Shown: one piece after another, positions 52,036 to 64,000 of the stretch
Numbering within the stretch: position 1 is the first letter of the stretch
Layout: each line of letters starts with the position of its first letter
Translations under genes and position numbers: made by a program
The notes under the pieces: generated by a model
What the model was told of the DNA's origin: nothing
What the model saw: the letters and a program-made list of their open reading frames with translations, nothing else
Databases searched by the model: none
NCBI RefSeq assembly: GCF_009914755.1
Contig: NC_060947.1
Reading direction: 5' to 3' (one strand)
DNA length: 64,000 nt
Source: the human T2T-CHM13v2.0 reference genome, Homo sapiens

Positions 52036-52649
52036 TAAAAACCAATTCCGCTCAATGACCTACACCTGGTGATGGGGTGCATCTCAGCTTTGCGTGCCTT
52101 TGAACTTCCTACCCAATGACTCTCCTATCATCATTTCTTCTCTACCACTTCCCTTTCTTGCATTGACTGTTGATGAAATCCACATTTATTTACTGAAATC
52201 CATATGTATGTCAATTCCTGAAACAGTGTTTGCCAAAGGATAAACTATACAAGTCTATAGGATTTGTAAGGAATTCACTTCACTGAGGTCCTATATATAG
52301 TAAGTTAACTTAATATATGTCACTGGCCTCACTAGCAAATAAATAAATAAATAAATAAAATCAAAGACTGTCATTTATATTGCTTCTATACAGGGTTCAC
52401 ACTTCGCCATAAATATTGCAGGGCGCTGACATTCTGGTTTAATTTGCACATTCAAGTTCTCAAGAATTCGCTTTGATTTACATAGTCAGAGACTGCATGC
52501 TGTCACGCCTCTTGTATAGAGACCCCTTGTGGCGTTCACCTGATTGCCTCCTCGGTTTGTGTGGGAAACGTTCCATTTCTTTTACAGTAGGATGTACAGC
52601 TCCTTTACTGCACTGGTGGTTGTTAATTTCAATACATTTGGATAAAAAT

Positions 52650-53200
52650 AACATCTAACATTTATGGAGTACTTTCTATGTGCCAAGTACGGTTTTTTGT
52701 TTTTGTTTGAGATGGGGTCACTCTGTTGCCCAGGCTGCAGTGCAGTGGCACGATCATGGCTCAGTGCAGCCTTGACCTCCAGGGCTCAAGCAATCCTCCC
52801 ACTTCAGCCTCCTGAGTAGATGGGACTACAGGTGCCCACAACCACGCCTGGCTAATTTTTTAATATTTTGTAGAGACACGGTTTCGCCATGTTGCCCAGG
52901 CTGGTCTTGAATTCCTGGGCTCAAGTGATCTGCTTGCCCTCTGCCTCTCAAAGTGCTAGGATTACAGGTGTGAGCCACTGTACCCTGCTAGGCACCATTC
53001 TTAATGATCTGTATGCATTTGTTCATTTAATTCTTAACCCTATGAAGAAGATGATGATGATTGCCATTTTATAGGTGAAAAAACTGCGGCACAGAGAAGT
53101 TAAGTAAGGTCCTCAGGGTCATACACTTATTAAATAATAAAGCTAGAAATGGAACCCAGATCATCTAGTTCTAGAGTCTGGGCTTTTGGCCACTAGCATA
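52650..53200 (-). mobile_element. MIR interrupted by antisense AluJ (52692-52990)
   Basis: ctaacatttatggagtact..atgtgcca, then Alu, then ccattttataggtgaaaaaactg..gcacagagaagttaagtaa. Confidence 0.82.
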
Positions 53201-53234
53201 TACCACATCCCCCAGCAGGTGGGGCACCTGTTTA

Positions 53235-53880
53235 GGTACATTTTAGGAGAAAGTGTGGAGCCACTGGTACTCTCATCACTGCTGGTGGAAGTGTAAATTG
53301 ATACAACTACAAACAAATTGTTTGGCAGTAGCTCCTAGAGCTGAACATGTAATTCCTGACCGTATACCCACCAAAAACGTACACTCATGTTGGTGAAAAG
53401 ACATGAACTTGAATGTTTATAGCAGCACCACTCATAACAAGACTGCACTGGAAACTACCTGAATGTCCATCAACAGGAAGATGAGTAAATAAATTCTGGT
53501 GTATTTATACCACTATGCAGCAATGAGAATGAACAGTCTCCCAACTACCTGAGACAAGATGGGTAAAACTCATGAACGTAATGCAGACGGAAAGAAAACA
53601 GGAAAAAAGTACATGCTGGATGATTCTATTTATATGTAGTCCAAAGACAGGCAAGAAAGAACCTCTGCCTTTAGGGACCAAGCTATTGGCTACCCTTGGG
53701 GGTCAGAGTTGTGACTGGAAGGAGCAATTGGGATGGGGGCTTCTGGGGTGTGGGTAAAGCCCTGTTTCATCATCTGGCTACTAGCAGCAGGCGTGTGTTT
53801 CGGTTTTGAAAATTCAGCAAGCTGTAGATTGAGGTTAGATACACTGTTCTGAGTGTATGGTGTATAACACTAAGAAGTTT
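53235..53880 (+). mobile_element. L1ME-type 3' fragment
   Basis: gctggtggaagtgtaaattgatacaact...gaatgtttatagcagc...ggggcttctggggtg. Confidence 0.75.
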
Positions 53881-56274
53881 GAAAGGGTACTATGCTATCT
53901 GCGATCAGATGTTATCTTGGTTAGAAGAGTTAGGTAAATATCTTCAAATAAACGTCTATATTTAAGGAAAATTGTCACTGCAGGCAGTTTGCGACATCTC
54001 TAGTGTTTTCCCTACTTTTCCACTTCTTATCAAAACGACCACCTGAGTTAATAATTGTAAGAGAAGATGATGGGCTCGCTCAGGCGTTCGGGACAGTATA
54101 GTGTGCTCGTGCTCGCCCCCAGACAGGGGCTCAGAGTGACTCATGAGAGTTGTGTGAAGGTGCCGTTGCTAGGAGCCATCAGAACAAAGCGTCCTGGCTT
54201 GCTGGCCTCCGTGTCTTCTGGAGCACCCACTTACAGGGGTGTGGAGAGCAAGCAAAAGCAGGGCATAGGTTTCTTTTGTAGAAATCTTCAAGAATGAGGA
54301 AATTGAGATCTGGGGTGAGAAGCAACTCTACGTGACATTCTGCTGAAGGGCAGCCCCTCTTAGGAAAGATTCAATGCAAGCGGGTGGGAGCTGCTTCAAC
54401 TAAGAATTCTCACTACTCCTGCACCTGTGGAATCAACCAATAACCCACCCTCCTACAGCCCAATCCACAATGCTCCATTTACCCCACTTCTGCCTTTGAG
54501 AGAGAGAAAGAGGGAAAAATTTCATCAATAACTCACAAAGGCTAAGCTTTGCCAGGGAAATTGCTAACTTTTATTTGCTTGAGAAACACACCTACCAAAA
54601 AGACTTTTATTAACCCGGATGCCTTCAGCCAAGTTCTTTCAAGTTAATCACATAGGTAGGGAAGAGCTTTCAAATTCAGATCAGAAATTATAATCAAACA
54701 GCCACAAAATTTACCTCTGTATTAGATAAAACAATGGCTCCCCACCTCGCCCCAGCCCATGAACCAGACAATATTACCAGATACACAGAAACCAGGAAGT
54801 CAAACCTCTATCTTCCATCTCTTCCTCTGTATGTGACACAGAATTACAGTAATTAAATGAGATAACTTTGGCAAAGAGTTTTCTTAGAGTTCTGCTGATT
54901 ATTCTCAGGGGGAAAATCATATTAAAAGGAACTAGTTGAATTTAATTACTGGATTCATTCATCATTCATTTTCTGAATTTGCTCCCAGGTATGATTTCCA
55001 GTTGAATTTTCAATCTCAAGCTATTTCCAGAATGGGATTTATTCTCACCTTGTTCGCTCCATCACCTCTCCTGTTTGTCTCCCCTCTCTCACCACTACAC
55101 ACCTGAAGTTCCCACAAGGGCTTAGTGGGACTGAAACTAAGAAGCCCAACATGACTTCAGTGGCAGGAATATTTTCAAAGATTTCCCTGTAGATGGGTCT
55201 GGATACTCAACTATTGCAAAAAGGCCTTGGCTTCCTTCTGGGCTACTGCCCCGGGGACATTGGTCTCCACCTCAGCCCAGCGGCTCGGTGCCCTTGAGCT
55301 GGACATGGGAACAATCACCAACTTTCAGAGCCTTTTCAATTCCTTATGACGGCAGAATTGAGGCTCCCAACTTCCACCACTACTGCAGATTGGATTCACT
55401 GAGGAGCTTAAAAGGAGGCATGAAAAGTCCTCATGAAGGACGGTGTCCCAGCTGAGTTCCGAACCAGGAGGCAGTCTGTCATCAGAACCACCCAGCTGGG
55501 CGTTCCTGCAGCCCTGGTCTTGCCTGAGTTGATTTCAGGTGCTTTTCACTTGAAGGTGAAAAGAGGAGGAAAAATACCTGGAGAGAAGGGAGAGGGGAGA
55601 TTAATTCTAGGCCTGGTGTCTACCCCATGTCTGATCTGATGAAGGTTCTGAGACTCTAGAAAGATAGAAGTCAGGACCTAAGGCTGAGGAACTCCACTCA
55701 TCAAAGACTCTCTGACATGCTGGGCCCGAGAGGGGTCATGCCCCCCATCCCTACTCTGCCACAGACCACCACATAGCACTGGCACTCTGGGCCTTGGGGT
55801 GGCCACTAATAGAGAATAGCAAGAAACAGGTACCTACCCAGCAACTGTCAGGAGCTAGGGACCCTGACAGCAAAACAGCTCAGAAGAATGTGAGCAAGCC
55901 CTTTCTTGAATACCTATAAGACACTTGCCCTGCGAAGTCCCAGGGACATTAGAGGAGGGTTGTTGTTGTTTTTTTTGTTTGTTTGTTTGTTTTTGTTTTT
56001 TCTTTTTTGTGGGGGTGAGGTGCGATGGGCTAGGGGGTCCTCATAATTTGGGCATAAATGTTAATGTGCTATCATTACCCCAAACTGCTAACATTTGGGA
56101 ATATTTTAATTATTCTAAAAAAGGATGTGCTCCCCAATCTCTTTAAAAATTAAACAGATTGTGTTTTATGAAGCTACTTTCAGAATATATTAAAGGTGCG
56201 CTATATAAAGAATAATTAGATTGTCAAAATACTTTGAGAAATACCGGATATATATATAATGTCAAGCAGGTTTC

Positions 56275-56608
<334 letters not shown>

Positions 56609-56633
56609 TGAATGTGCCAATGGGACGAGTCCC

Positions 56634-57810
56634 TGTATTAATCAGGATGGGCTAGGTTATGCTGCAATCACAAATGACCCCACAATCTCAGTGGCTTACA
56701 TAGACAAAGGTTTATTCCTCACTGGTTTTGCTGTACATCATCTTCACTTTGGGACCCAGACTGGAGGAAGAGACTCTAGTGTTTGTTTTCATTTCTTGTT
56801 TTTACACATAATATAATGAACAGATCTTATGAATTTTGACAACTGTATACACCAGTGTAACCACCACACCAATCAAGATATAAAGTATTTCCATCATCAC
56901 ACAAAGTTCCTGAGTCCCCCTTTCCAGTCAGTTCCTCTCCTGGCCTGGGGCCACCACTGATCTGATTTCTATCACTATAGATCAGTTTTACCTGTTCTAG
57001 AACTTCGTGGAAATGAAATGATGTAGTATATATTCTAGTGTTTGGCTTTTTAGACTCGAGGTTTTTTTTGAGAATGATTTATGCTATTGTATGTACCAGT
57101 TGTCTATTCCTTTTTCTTGCTGAAGGGTAGTCCACAGTACAAATATATCGCAGTTTCTTTATCCATTCACTTGTTGATGGACATTTGGGTTGTTTTCAGT
57201 TTGGGCTACTATGAATAAAACTGCTACAAACACTCCTCCACCAGTCTTGTAGACATAAGTTTTCATTTCTTTTGGGTAGATACCTAAGAGTGGAATGGCT
57301 GGTCACGTGGTTGGTGTATGTTTATTTTTATAAGACAAAGAAATTGACCAACTGTTCTCCAAAGTGGTTGTACCATTTTACAACCCCACCAGCAGCATAT
57401 AAAAGTTTCCATTGCTTCACATCCTTGCTAACTAGTCAGTCTTTTTACATGTTAGCCATTCTAGTGGGTGTGAAGTGGTATCTCACTGTGGTTTGAATTT
57501 GCATTTTCCTGCTGACTGATGTTCAGCATATTTTCATGCACATTCCTTTTCCTTCTTTTGTGAAGCCTCTGAAACAGCCTCTGTCTAGGAAGTTATTGGT
57601 CTCCCGGCAAAGGAAAATAAGAGACATGGTGAACCTGGAGCAGATCCTGAAGCTTCTGCTCCAAAATGATACACATTATTTCTGTCTACATGTATTGACT
57701 AAAGCAAGGTACACGGCCACTCCTGAGTTCCACAGGGCAAGGAAGTCCAACCCTCCCATGAGGAGGGTCACTGGAATGTTTGGCAAAAAGGAATATAATC
57801 TACTCCAGTC
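56634..57810 (-). mobile_element. MLT1K-like LTR split by an antisense L1M 3' fragment (~56790-57545)
   Basis: tgtattaatcaggatgggctaggttatgctgc LTR end; L1 motifs ttatccattcac..gttgatggacatttgggttg and caaagtggttgtaccattttaca. Confidence 0.72.
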
Positions 57811-58289
57811 CCCAAGAAGGATATCCTAGTGGAATTTATTTTCTCAACAGGACTGTATGGTGCCTTTTATTCTCCTACTTCCTAGGTGTACCCAATGTAT
57901 AATAAATGCCAATCAAGCTTGTCCAATCTGCTCACACATGTATGAGCAGCCTTGCACCGCCCTCTTCTTTGGGTTTGCTATGTGCCATTGTACTCACTTC
58001 AAGAAAAGATAAGGGGCAACTTGACTGATGCTGGGCAGGCAGGCATCCAGGAATGAGAAAAATGAGATCCCAGGTGTTCCTTCTTCTAGTTCTATAAAAC
58101 TGTAAAAAGCATCCCCCATCACCATGAGAAAGACAAGACCACAGTTAGGACCTTGTTTACCTCTTGGAAAGGTCTGTTTGTGCAATGTGGTGGGTCAAGC
58201 TAGCCTGAGGAAGTTGGCTTTTATATCTGCTGGTCTTATCAGTTGTCTTTATCTCCTTTTTCTCTCTCTAAGGAGCTTGACGTGAATTT

Positions 58290-60400
58290 TTTAAAAAGTC
58301 TACTAATCTGTTATTTATTGCAGCTTTATTTGTAATTGCAAAATATTGGAAACAGTATTAACACCCAAGCATAGGAGAGTGGCACGTACACAATGGAATA
58401 CCATGCAGCTCTGATAAAAGATGCAAAAGATCTCTATGAACTGATACAGAGTGATTTCTGGGAGCTAGTATTGAAAAAAAGAACATGAAAAAGCATATAT
58501 AGGTTGCCAGTTTTGTGTAAGAAAGAAAACATACATATTTCTGCTTATCTTTACAGAAAGAAACACAAGAGGGATAAACTAGGAAACTTTGCATTTGGTA
58601 TCCTGCAAGCAGGAAGTGAGTGGAAGGGATACAGGAGGGATTGACACTTCTCTGAATGTAGCTTTTGGTGTAGTTTTAGCTTTTGAAAGCAAGCTAATAT
58701 TCTACATATTTGAAAAGTTAAATTAAACCCATAAGAATGAGAAAGGAAAAAAACTAAAATGAAAGCAAATGGAAACGAACCACTGTGTATCAATGAACAT
58801 CAAATGAACATCATAATTACACTGTATATCAAAGGAACATCATAATTATACAGGAGGGAAAGGAAGAAAGCAAAGAGAGCACTAATCCAAGTAATTTAAG
58901 AATACAATATTTGACTATAAACTCTCGGTGTCGGACAGGGTAGAGTGAGAGATGAGGGGAGAATCACAACAAATTCCAAAGTCATTTTGTAGAGCTGTCT
59001 GTTGTAGGATGAGTGAAATAATGCTGAAACTATTTTAGAGCCATTACAGGGCTGAACAAATGAGTAAACGTGTTGATGTCATTGAGAGCCAGCATTCTCA
59101 TTATGGACGAAGGGACAGAAAAATATGAAATGGGGGAGGCAGGAAATAATCCTGTGGAGATAAGCTGAAATTGGAGGTATCAGTGCAAACTCATGATTTC
59201 TGAAATGTGCACATATATGTCTATATGCATGTTTACATACACACTATATATATGTGTCCATGTGTAGGCATGTATATGTATATATACGTGCATATATCTC
59301 TTAACTCTTTCCAGTGAAAGGGCCAAGAAGCACCGATAAAATGAATACAAATAGCATAGAGATCTTGGTATCTAATACCATTCGCCATTAAAGGAGCCAG
59401 AGCTCCTAGGAAAAATAGCTGAGTCCAGGGCTGGGATAGTGTAGGTACAAGATAATCCTGGAGTATTCTGTTATGTCGGAAAGTAAAGGAGTGCTCAAAA
59501 GCATGATGGTGGCCTGTCACGAAGATTCAGGAACCAGCTTGAAGGGGCTACTGCTGGTTAAATCTGGGACAATTTATGAGTTCATACTGGTCAGATAGAC
59601 AGACAGACACGTATAGGTGCAGAAATAGGACAGAGGGGAAAAGCTTCTTCTACTTATAGTTGAATGTCAAGGGCCAGAAGGTCAAGGTGGACAGGGTGTT
59701 AGAATCAGAAAAATCATCCTTTTTTGTTTGTTTGTTTGAGGCAGGGTGTCTCACTCTGTCACCCAAAGTGGAGTGCAGTGGCATGATCACGACTCACTGC
59801 AGCCTCAACTTCCTGAGCTCAGGTGATTCCTCCTACCCTCTCAGCCTCACAAGTCACTGGGATTACAGGCGTGCACCACCACAAAGTGTTGGGATTACAG
59901 GCATGAGCCACCATGCCCGGCCAGAAAAATCATCATTTTGCAAACTTCATGGTAAAAATTGGCTTGAGCAAGAATCATCAATGAATTGTAAAGCTAGGAC
60001 ATTTTGATGAAAAGCAGGATATTTGCATGAATTCAAAGTGTCTCCTTACAGAGTGTATATTAGATGCAAGGGGGAGGGATCCAGTGACATTATAATGGAG
60101 AAATTGGACAACACTTTGGGTGATCTCAATTAATTTCCCCCATGAGGAGCAGATGGACATCACATACCTCCAGATGTGATACCTTAGGAAAGGCACGCTA
60201 TCAGCGCAGTTTTCCAGCAAAGAATACACAACCTGAATCTAACCAGGAGGAAGCAAGACAAACTCCAAAGTTCTAGAAAGGAACATGTACCCAACCTGTC
60301 CAACCACAAAGCTCATTTTAATGAACGAGCCATTAAATATGGAATACAGTGTTCTGAGGACTTGATATAGGAAGTTATGTCCCAGAAAAGGGGACATAAC
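58290..60400 (+). mobile_element. Old L1M (MC/MD-like) 3' region containing an internally deleted Alu (59720-59922)
   Basis: tttattgcagctttatttgtaattgcaaaa, acaatggaatacc L1 motifs; Alu TSD cagaaaaatcatc. Confidence 0.7.
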
Positions 60401-61654
60401 ATGATCAGAAATGGTTTTTACTGGGGGAGAGGGGCTTGCAGAAGAAAACGTCAGTTCCAGGACCAGCTCCTTTCCAGGGTGCAGCAAGGGTGGTTGTGCC
60501 TCCTCCTTCTAGGTTTTAGACCCTGAAGAAATGTCAGCCAACATCTTCACCTTCTTGCCTGTGCATCTAGGATGGACAGATGGACAGATGGATGGGCAGA
60601 TGGATGAAGCGGTGGATGATAAGGAGCTGCCCGACTTCATGGCTCACCTCTGTAATGTCACAAAAAGCTCTGGACTGGGAGTCAGGCTTTCCAGGTGGCT
60701 GCATCTGGGTCACACACACAATGACAGAAAAACATCATATGTGCCCACAGCCTCCAGAGGCTTTATGACCACTTCCCATCTGAACCATGATATAAACGAA
60801 GGAAGACACCCTGTATACAAGGGGAGTGTTTTAGTGAAACAACTCCTGTGGTAATTTTGCAAAATAGTATCAAGCGTCTCATTACCACATTGATATTAAT
60901 TAAACAAATATCAGGAAAATAAGTATAATTTTGCTAAACTCAAATGACTTACAAGGCAGGAAATGATATTTCTGTCCTAACAGTATATCAAATGCACTTT
61001 ATGCAATGTGATGTTGGATTTCACAAATGATACAGATTCTCTTTCTGTCAAGTTCATTGGCTTTGAAAGCTGGGGCAATGGACTGCCAAGTGCAGACAGA
61101 AGAGTCAGCCAGTTGGTAAACAACGTTGGGCTTATTTATTTAATAATTTACTTATCACAGAATTCCATCAGTGCTTTGAAAATGCCTTTAATTGATGACA
61201 AGGAGGTGGTGTTAGAGAACTTGCAAGGGGCTCTGGCTGAGACCCAGTTGGTTGACAGGAAATTTAGTGGATATAGGCAGAAGTCAAAGCAGCAGCCTCT
61301 AGGGTTCTGGTGCCACCCCTGCCCCACAATGCTGGACTGAGAAACCAAGGGATGAACTGGAAGCTTCGGGTTGTCAAAACTTTCTGTGAACAAATGCAAT
61401 CAAAACCCAAAGCTCCCCATTTGAAAGGCCTATGAAAATGGGTTAATTAGGGTCTAGAAAATCCTGTGTGAAGAGTACTCAAAACATCTAAGAGTTTGAT
61501 AGTGGATGATTTCTTCTCTTAAATCTTGCCAGGTTAATAGGGGGTGAGTTTGGGGCTGAAAGTAAGAATTTGGAGTGTGCAGACTTTTAAAGTTCTCCTG
61601 GTTAGTGTCATCCCTGGAAAGCTTTCTTTGGGAACATTTTTGGAGACTACAGCA

Positions 61655-62741
61655 TGGGCAGCTTCACAGCTGTCTAACCAGTGCGATGACACAGGGCCTT
61701 GTGCTCAGAAAAGCCCTGTCTACAGTTTAATGCTCAATTGTTATTGTACTGAAATTCTTGATAATTTTTTCTTCGCATTTGTGTTTTGTAAGTGAAGCCC
61801 GATGGGATGGGACAATGGAGCAAGAGCTGGGGGGAGCTTAGAGCCTGGCCCACCTTGGGGTCACCTTCTGCTGCTCCCCACCTCTCCCAATGGGTTTTTG
61901 GCCACCCCTTCTCCTCCACCCATTGGAGCCCCAGCCCTACCTGGCTGCCTCCTCTCTGCCCTGTGACTGACCTCTGCCACCATCTACCTGGGGCAGTGCC
62001 CAGGTAGCATTGTGGGGAGGGGGTAGAGTGCTGTGGGTAGGGTGGGGTAGGGAGCTGGGGGAAAGAGTTGGAGACCCATGTTGTACCAGGCATAGGTGCC
62101 AGAAATGTCCGGGTGCCACCTGGAGCCTCTGGTCAGGCATAGCCACAGTTGTCCCTGCTCTGGGCTGGCAGCACCATGGTGGGCTCTGTGGGCCACTTGG
62201 TAGGTGCGAGCCTCTAATCCACCCCAATCCAGATACTGAGGTTGCAATTTATTGAGGGTTGGTCACCTGCCATGGGTGGGGGCAGTGGGCCGTGGGAAGG
62301 GGGTATTGACTTCCCCTGGGGCCAGGGCACCGCATACACACTGATCTAGTGGCTGGTGGGACAAGGAACTTGACAGGCAGTGGACCATGTGGACCACATC
62401 ACAGGATGGGACTCCAAGTGCCTGTGAGGATTTAGTATGACACTAAGTCAGGACTAAATACACCATGACAGAGAGAGAGGGCGAGAGAGAGTGCGCATAG
62501 AGGAAAGGAAACATTTGATATTTGAGTACATATTGAGTACATTTAGCAGCATTAAGAGACAGAGTCTTATTATGTTGCCCAGGCTGGAGTGGAGCAGCAC
62601 GATCACAGCCCACTGCAACCTCTAACTCCTGGCCTCCAGCAATCCTCCCACCTCAGCCTCCCATCTAATCCTGCTTTATGGACAAGGGGTCCTCCATTCT
62701 CATTTTGCACCAGGCCCTGAAAACTATGTAGTCAGCCCAGG
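61655..62741. mobile_element. hAT-Tip100 (MER91/MER115/Zaphod-like) DNA transposon with Alu fragment (62552-62663)
   Basis: cagggccttgtgctcagaa...tgaaattcttgataatttt left end; acaaggggtcc...cattttgcaccaggccctg..atgtagtcagccc right end; GC-rich interior. Confidence 0.7.
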
Positions 62742-64000
62742 TTACAGAATACATTTCCAATAGTTACAATGAAGGGAAAGGAAGCCATATCCACTGTCTT
62801 CCCACAGGCTGGTCTGGAGAGTGAGGCCACTCCCACTAGATAACAGTGAGCATGAAGAGGCCACTCTCACTCTGCCCTTCTTATATATTTTGGTCCTGCA
62901 TCCTGTTGGCTATGGCCATATAATGTTGCCTGCTACAAGATCTGGGGGCAAGGGTTTGGAGTTGTATTTGCTGCTGGTCCTGATCTTAAAACTTGACATT
63001 CTAAATCTCTTCATTTTGCATTTAAACCATTTTGGGCTCTCTCCAGCTCCCTCTCACCTTCCTGCCTTCAGTGGGTATGTGCCCTGCTTGTCTACCTTGC
63101 AAACCAGCTGGAACGTGCTGCTAACACCCAGACACAGGCAAAACCTTTGCATTTCAAATGGTTTTGCCCCACAAGTGGGTGACAGCAGGACAGAAACGTT
63201 TCTGAGACTCTCCCGAATAGCCATGCTTGGAGTAGTGTTTGCAGGAGGACGAAGGGAAGGGCAACCCGTTTGTAAGAAATATATAGTTACTTACCTTTTT
63301 TTTTTCTTCAAATTTGAAAATGGAAGCCTAGTAATTCATCTAATAATGAATCAAAACAGACACTTCAATGGACAAGCCTAATGAAACCTGATGAGGTCAG
63401 GCCGTGGGAGAAAAAACTTCCTGCATTGAGAGAATCAGAAGCATTTCCCATTTTGAATTTTTTTTTTTAAAAAACAACAAACCAATAAACTCCAAGTGAA
63501 CTCCAGTTTCAGGATTCATGAGTAGTTCAGGAAAGAACTGTTGAGTTATCTCAGCTGTGCTGAACATTTTCTTCGGTTACTCCCATCAGCGGTTGAGATC
63601 ATCAATATTGGAAGGTATCCTAGTATGTCTCATCAGGCTGTTTGAAACTGTTGATGTCAGAACACATCACTCTTCCCCTTTACTTTTTCATCGATAATTA
63701 ATGGATGAGAAATCCACTATGATAGTGTTAGAATCTACGGCCCCGGAAGAAGTTGGTCCTGGACTGCTGCCTGGTTGCATCTGACACCATCGATGCTGCC
63801 AATGCCTGGCCACCAGCATGCATTATAAGACAAATGACAAAAACCCACCAAGGATACATTGGGAGTGCTTGCTAAGTTTAGAGGCATCCATTAGCAGACT
63901 CTTGTTAGCGAAATGGAAGTTTGTTATTTAGAAATTTTGCCTTGAATTATTAATTTACTTAGAAATAAGAAATGCTCAGGGTTTTAAGCCAGATCAGCTT

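Noticed and set aside
53212-53225. CTCF-like CCAGCAGGTGGGGC
   Set aside because: Mismatch in the GGC core and located at a repeat junction; cannot be supported without ChIP data
62821-63381. 186-aa ORF
   Set aside because: GTG start, no recognisable domain, composition like non-coding DNA

Overview
Repeat-rich primate (human or great-ape-like) nuclear DNA, intronic or intergenic. I recognise no host protein-coding exon, tRNA, rRNA or CRISPR array. The dominant feature is a full-length (~6.03 kb) young LINE-1 (L1PA2-grade, not Ta or pre-Ta) at 1408-7445 with a perfect 15-bp target-site duplication (TSD), nested in the same orientation inside an old L1M. Its ORF1 and antisense ORF0 are intact; ORF2 is full length and in frame but has three nonsense codons. 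The rest holds about 30 Alus (J/S/Y, several nested or chimeric), MaLR/ERVL solo LTRs, hAT DNA-transposon relics, MIR/L2/L1M fragments, microsatellites and unique stretches with enhancer-like motif clusters. I found no convincing new biological system. Best leads: an exact 122-bp tandem duplication (37953-38196), a ~156-bp direct repeat 2 kb apart (45012/46998), a 30-nt microexon candidate with strong splice signals (51227-51256), a 308-codon ORF in apparently unique DNA (19174-20100), and the possibly mosaic L1. Repeat subfamily names come from recalled consensus motifs, and boundaries of old repeats are approximate.
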